A stretch of 64,000 nucleotides of DNA, taken from contig CATNEN010000014.1 of NCBI GenBank assembly GCA_950097015.1, positions 124,001 to 188,000 of the forward strand, written 5' to 3'. Source of the DNA: Macrostomum hystrix (taxonomy: Eukaryota > Animalia > Platyhelminthes). The notes beneath the pieces are model-generated. The model saw only the letters and a list, made by a program, of their open reading frames with translations, was not told where the DNA came from and did no database searches. This document shows, piece after piece, positions 61,201 to 64,000 of this stretch (within the stretch, counting starts at the first letter, position 1; the number at the start of each line of letters is the position of its first letter). A program made the translations under genes and the position numbers.

Positions 61201-62540
61201 CATGCTTTCCCTAAAAAATCTTGCTTCTGCCTTGGCACAACTGGCATGTTGCTGGCACAAACTACTAAACACAAATACACATTGTCAATGGAAATGGTAA
61301 CTAGCATTCTTACACAAATCAAGTATTCTAGGGGCATTTTTGAGAGAGGGCCTTTTGTGAGAATTTCAACACACCATGATCTTTATATACTTTGTCTAGC
61401 TTTGAAAGTGTGAAGTGCACTGCCTTCATGTGAATGATTAAAATATTCTATAAGTGAAATGTGACTTACGTCTAGGCACTAGTAATAATAATAATAATTG
61501 CAGGAGGGCTGCGGGCAATGGCACATCATTTAGTGACACTAGACCCACAGCCAGTGAGGAGGCAATTCTGCCCATTTCGCTGACTGCTGAGCACACACAC
61601 ACACACACAGATACTGTACGCAGGCGTACACTCACACCGGTGTGTACACCTGCCCTGACTTTGTCATTGTCAGGCAGTGTACATTTCACTGTGCCTTGGA
61701 GGTTGGCCCACAAGGGCGTAAATTGCACCACAAGCCTGCAAAGCCTTCTCTCTGCAGCTGCGCCCCAAATAAATGTGGCCTCGCCATGGAATCGAACTTA
61801 GGGACCGTGATGCGAGAGGCAAACGCATTAACCACTCTGCCACCGACCCCCTATGCTCTAGAGTGCCTATGCATTTTTTCAACTAGTTATTTATGATTAC
61901 TTACTGCTTTTTAGCAATCGCAAAACCCAAATTTGCCTGCTATTTTTAGGACAAATACAAGCCTGAAGGAGGACGTCTGGGATGGGGGAATCGCGATTTG
62001 CATCATATTCCTAATCATTTCTATACTTGTGATGCCCAACGGTAAGTTCGTTAGCTTCTCTCTATCTATTCGCAGGGGGCCCGGGGCACTTGTCGCACAA
62101 GCGACGGAGCGGCACGCCCCCAGACCGGCGCTTAGCGCCCATCGCGCCGCCTCCCCTGAGCAGGCACCACACACAGCAGCACAGACCAGCCGGTGAGGGC
62201 AGGAGGCACCCAGAATAGGCAGCAGTGCCCCCACCTCAGCCCCACACACACAGAGCAGACCAAGCCGGGGCGGAAGGCTGATAAGAAATCGTGACTTGAA
62301 AGGAGAATCGAACTAGCGTCCATTGGAGTGAGAGGCAGCGACGCTAGCTGCTGACCCACTCGCCCCCAAGTTCGTTAGCTTTGCACTATTGTTATTACAT
62401 ATGTGATCTAAAGTATTTAAAGTTCTAAAGTATTTGTTTTTTAACAAAATCTAATCTATCTAATTACATTGAAACCTGACTTCGGCCTCTTCAAGGTCCA
62501 TTCAATCGGCCTCATCCAGCAGTCTGGAGAATTGTGTTTG
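58209..62540 (+). CDS. PTDSS1: Phosphatidylserine synthase (base-exchange type), 5' part; exons 58209-58387, 61950-62041, 62496-62540
   Basis: VDNITLEFFYKPHTLTLL, IFLIISILVMPNG, PFNRPHPAVWRIVF; GT-AG and phase-consistent. A possible further exon near 63191-63243 (VLYLLSLGFLF) is uncertain. Confidence 0.88.
58980..60746 (-). mobile_element. Internally deleted, 3'-truncated Helitron in PTDSS intron 1
   Basis: 5' A|TCTATATATATAAA with (TG)n at 60746; ORFs with FLSNIRCYNSCFQMTSFGA, FKVQGQVYHDIGSLLP, KFLQIYF (RepHel N-terminal region); fused to the helicase motif CFAMTINKAQGQ (59018-58980). Confidence 0.88.
61483..61851 (-). mobile_element. tRNA-derived SINE with a (TTA)n tail
   Basis: Head GGGGGTCGG TGGCAGAGTGG (A box) ... 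GTTCGATTCC (B box); body shared with 29851-30129. Confidence 0.82.
62058..62367 (-). mobile_element. Second tRNA-derived SINE, flanked by a 14-bp TSD
   Basis: TSD AAGTTCGTTAGCTT (62044-62057, 62368-62381); head GGGGGCGAGTGGGTCAGCAG ... AGTTCGATTCT. Confidence 0.82.
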
Positions 62541-64000
62541 GTGAGCTACTAGATTTCGAATGGCGATTTCAAAAGCAGAGCCTGCTTAAGCCAAGTTACT
62601 GAAAGCATGCCAGATTTTATTTGCCTTAACATGTGTTGTATTGCGCCTTTGTTTAGACACCAGGCGGCAGTGCGGCATACTAAAACAGACGGTAACATCC
62701 AAAACTGCTTTGTTTTCCTCTGCCGTTACGCATCTCTGCGTTTTTACTTGTTAACAGAAGCAGCCTGACCAAAGTGGACACTCCACACTCCAATTTTGAT
62801 ACAGCTCCTGATTAAAGCTCTTAATCTGAGATGGTTTATGCGAGTTTACCTGTATTGTGGCGCGAGTTTAACTAATTATTGTAGCGAAATTCATATACGT
62901 CACCTAGCTAGGGACTGATGCTTTTCGGCTTGCTTATCAACTTGATGGTTTTGCTTGTCATTATCATTTCAATTTTTTACCTGAAGTGTTCAGTTAGTCA
63001 CTCATTTTCTCCTTCACTGTTAAGGTATGTGCGTGCATCTAAAATGATGTTTCTGACGGTCGTTACAGAAAGAACAACTAAACAACTGTGCAACACAAAC
63101 GCTTAGATGGCTTTTATCTAAGCAATATGTTTTCTGGAAAAATTATAGGCTACCGGGTACTACTAAGAGCTCACAGATCACGAGACCAAGTTGTGCTTTA
63201 CCTCCTGAGTCTTGGATTTTTATTTTACAATCAGCTATTAGTCGGTGACCGCGTTCTACTGATTACTTGTTAGTGTAGTCGCTGACTTTCTTACTTGTGC
63301 CGCAACTGAAACTTCAGCTTTGTCATTTTACTAAAATTCTTCGCTGATTGTTAAACTACAATTTGCTCAGGTGTGTTACTTGACTTTTCTGAAAACCCTT
63401 GTCGATTGTCCTTAACCCAAAACAATTGGTTCAGTGGCAGAAGGACAGATTAGAAATTATGTTTCAGATTTTACAGTGCTAAAAAAGAACATGCTATTGA
63501 CTCATTAATACACCTTTTTACATTTTTTACCGAACTCTATTTCAAAGAAACAATCGGAAGTTCATTTCAGACATTGCGATAAGGCTTATGTTTGCGGAAA
63601 TCCAATCGAAACAAGCTTCCTTTCTTTCAATTCAGTCAAATAAATCATGACGAGCAAAGCAGACGCGTTTGTTTATAGTTGCTTGGAAGTCTAGACATGG
63701 AAGGAGATGATCATGGGCTGTGAGGACGCTTTCAATGAGGAAGAAGGCGGGGAAACGTAATAAGCGAAATGGCGCTAAGGCTCACTAGCACCGGACGTAC
63801 AAGGTCAGTGGCAGCAACAGAGCTAGGCGCATAGGTACTTTTCATAGAAGGTAGGACTTTGCTGCTATCGCTCGACAGCTAGAGATCAAGCGAACAACGG
63901 CTTGCAAATTGTGCGATCTGATATAGTGTAGAAAGGTAAAAAGCCAGACCCAGACGAATCCAGTGAGATAGGGATATGCAGAAGTTGATTTGTGCTCAGG

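Noticed and set aside
62918-63106. Hydrophobic 62-aa ORF as a PTDSS exon
   Set aside because: It does not resemble the expected G-x-SVLY continuation; the hydrophobicity is explained by T-rich sequence.

Overview
A 64-kb animal (invertebrate) genomic window with GC-rich exons, AT-rich introns and dense transposon content. The species cannot be determined from the sequence alone. Five spliced host genes were reconstructed by hand with GT-AG junctions and consistent phase: a kinase with a C-terminal death-like domain (5' end outside the window), a complete FLVCR-family MFS transporter (492 aa), a complete phosphorylase kinase gamma subunit (388 aa), a TMEM86 lysoplasmalogenase (first exon not located) and the first three exons of a phosphatidylserine synthase. 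Mobile DNA comprises an intact young Ty3/gypsy element (208-bp LTRs, TAAAT TSD), a deleted Buster-type hAT, a Penelope-like element whose inverted terminal repeats carry hammerhead ribozyme cores, a Tc1/IS630-like transposon with ~314-bp TIRs and DD32E spacing, Helitron-derived elements filled with 18- and 23-bp satellites, tRNA-derived SINEs, and LINE, mariner and LTR relics. The most unusual element is a 4,435-bp non-autonomous LTR element with apparently identical 737-bp LTRs. It lacks RT and an integrase core but keeps an intact orphan 273-aa ORF, two internal copies of its PPT and a fossil LTR-end/PBS inside each LTR, and it has inserted into a repeat/zinc-finger ORF. All homology calls come from motif recognition by eye; no database searches were run.
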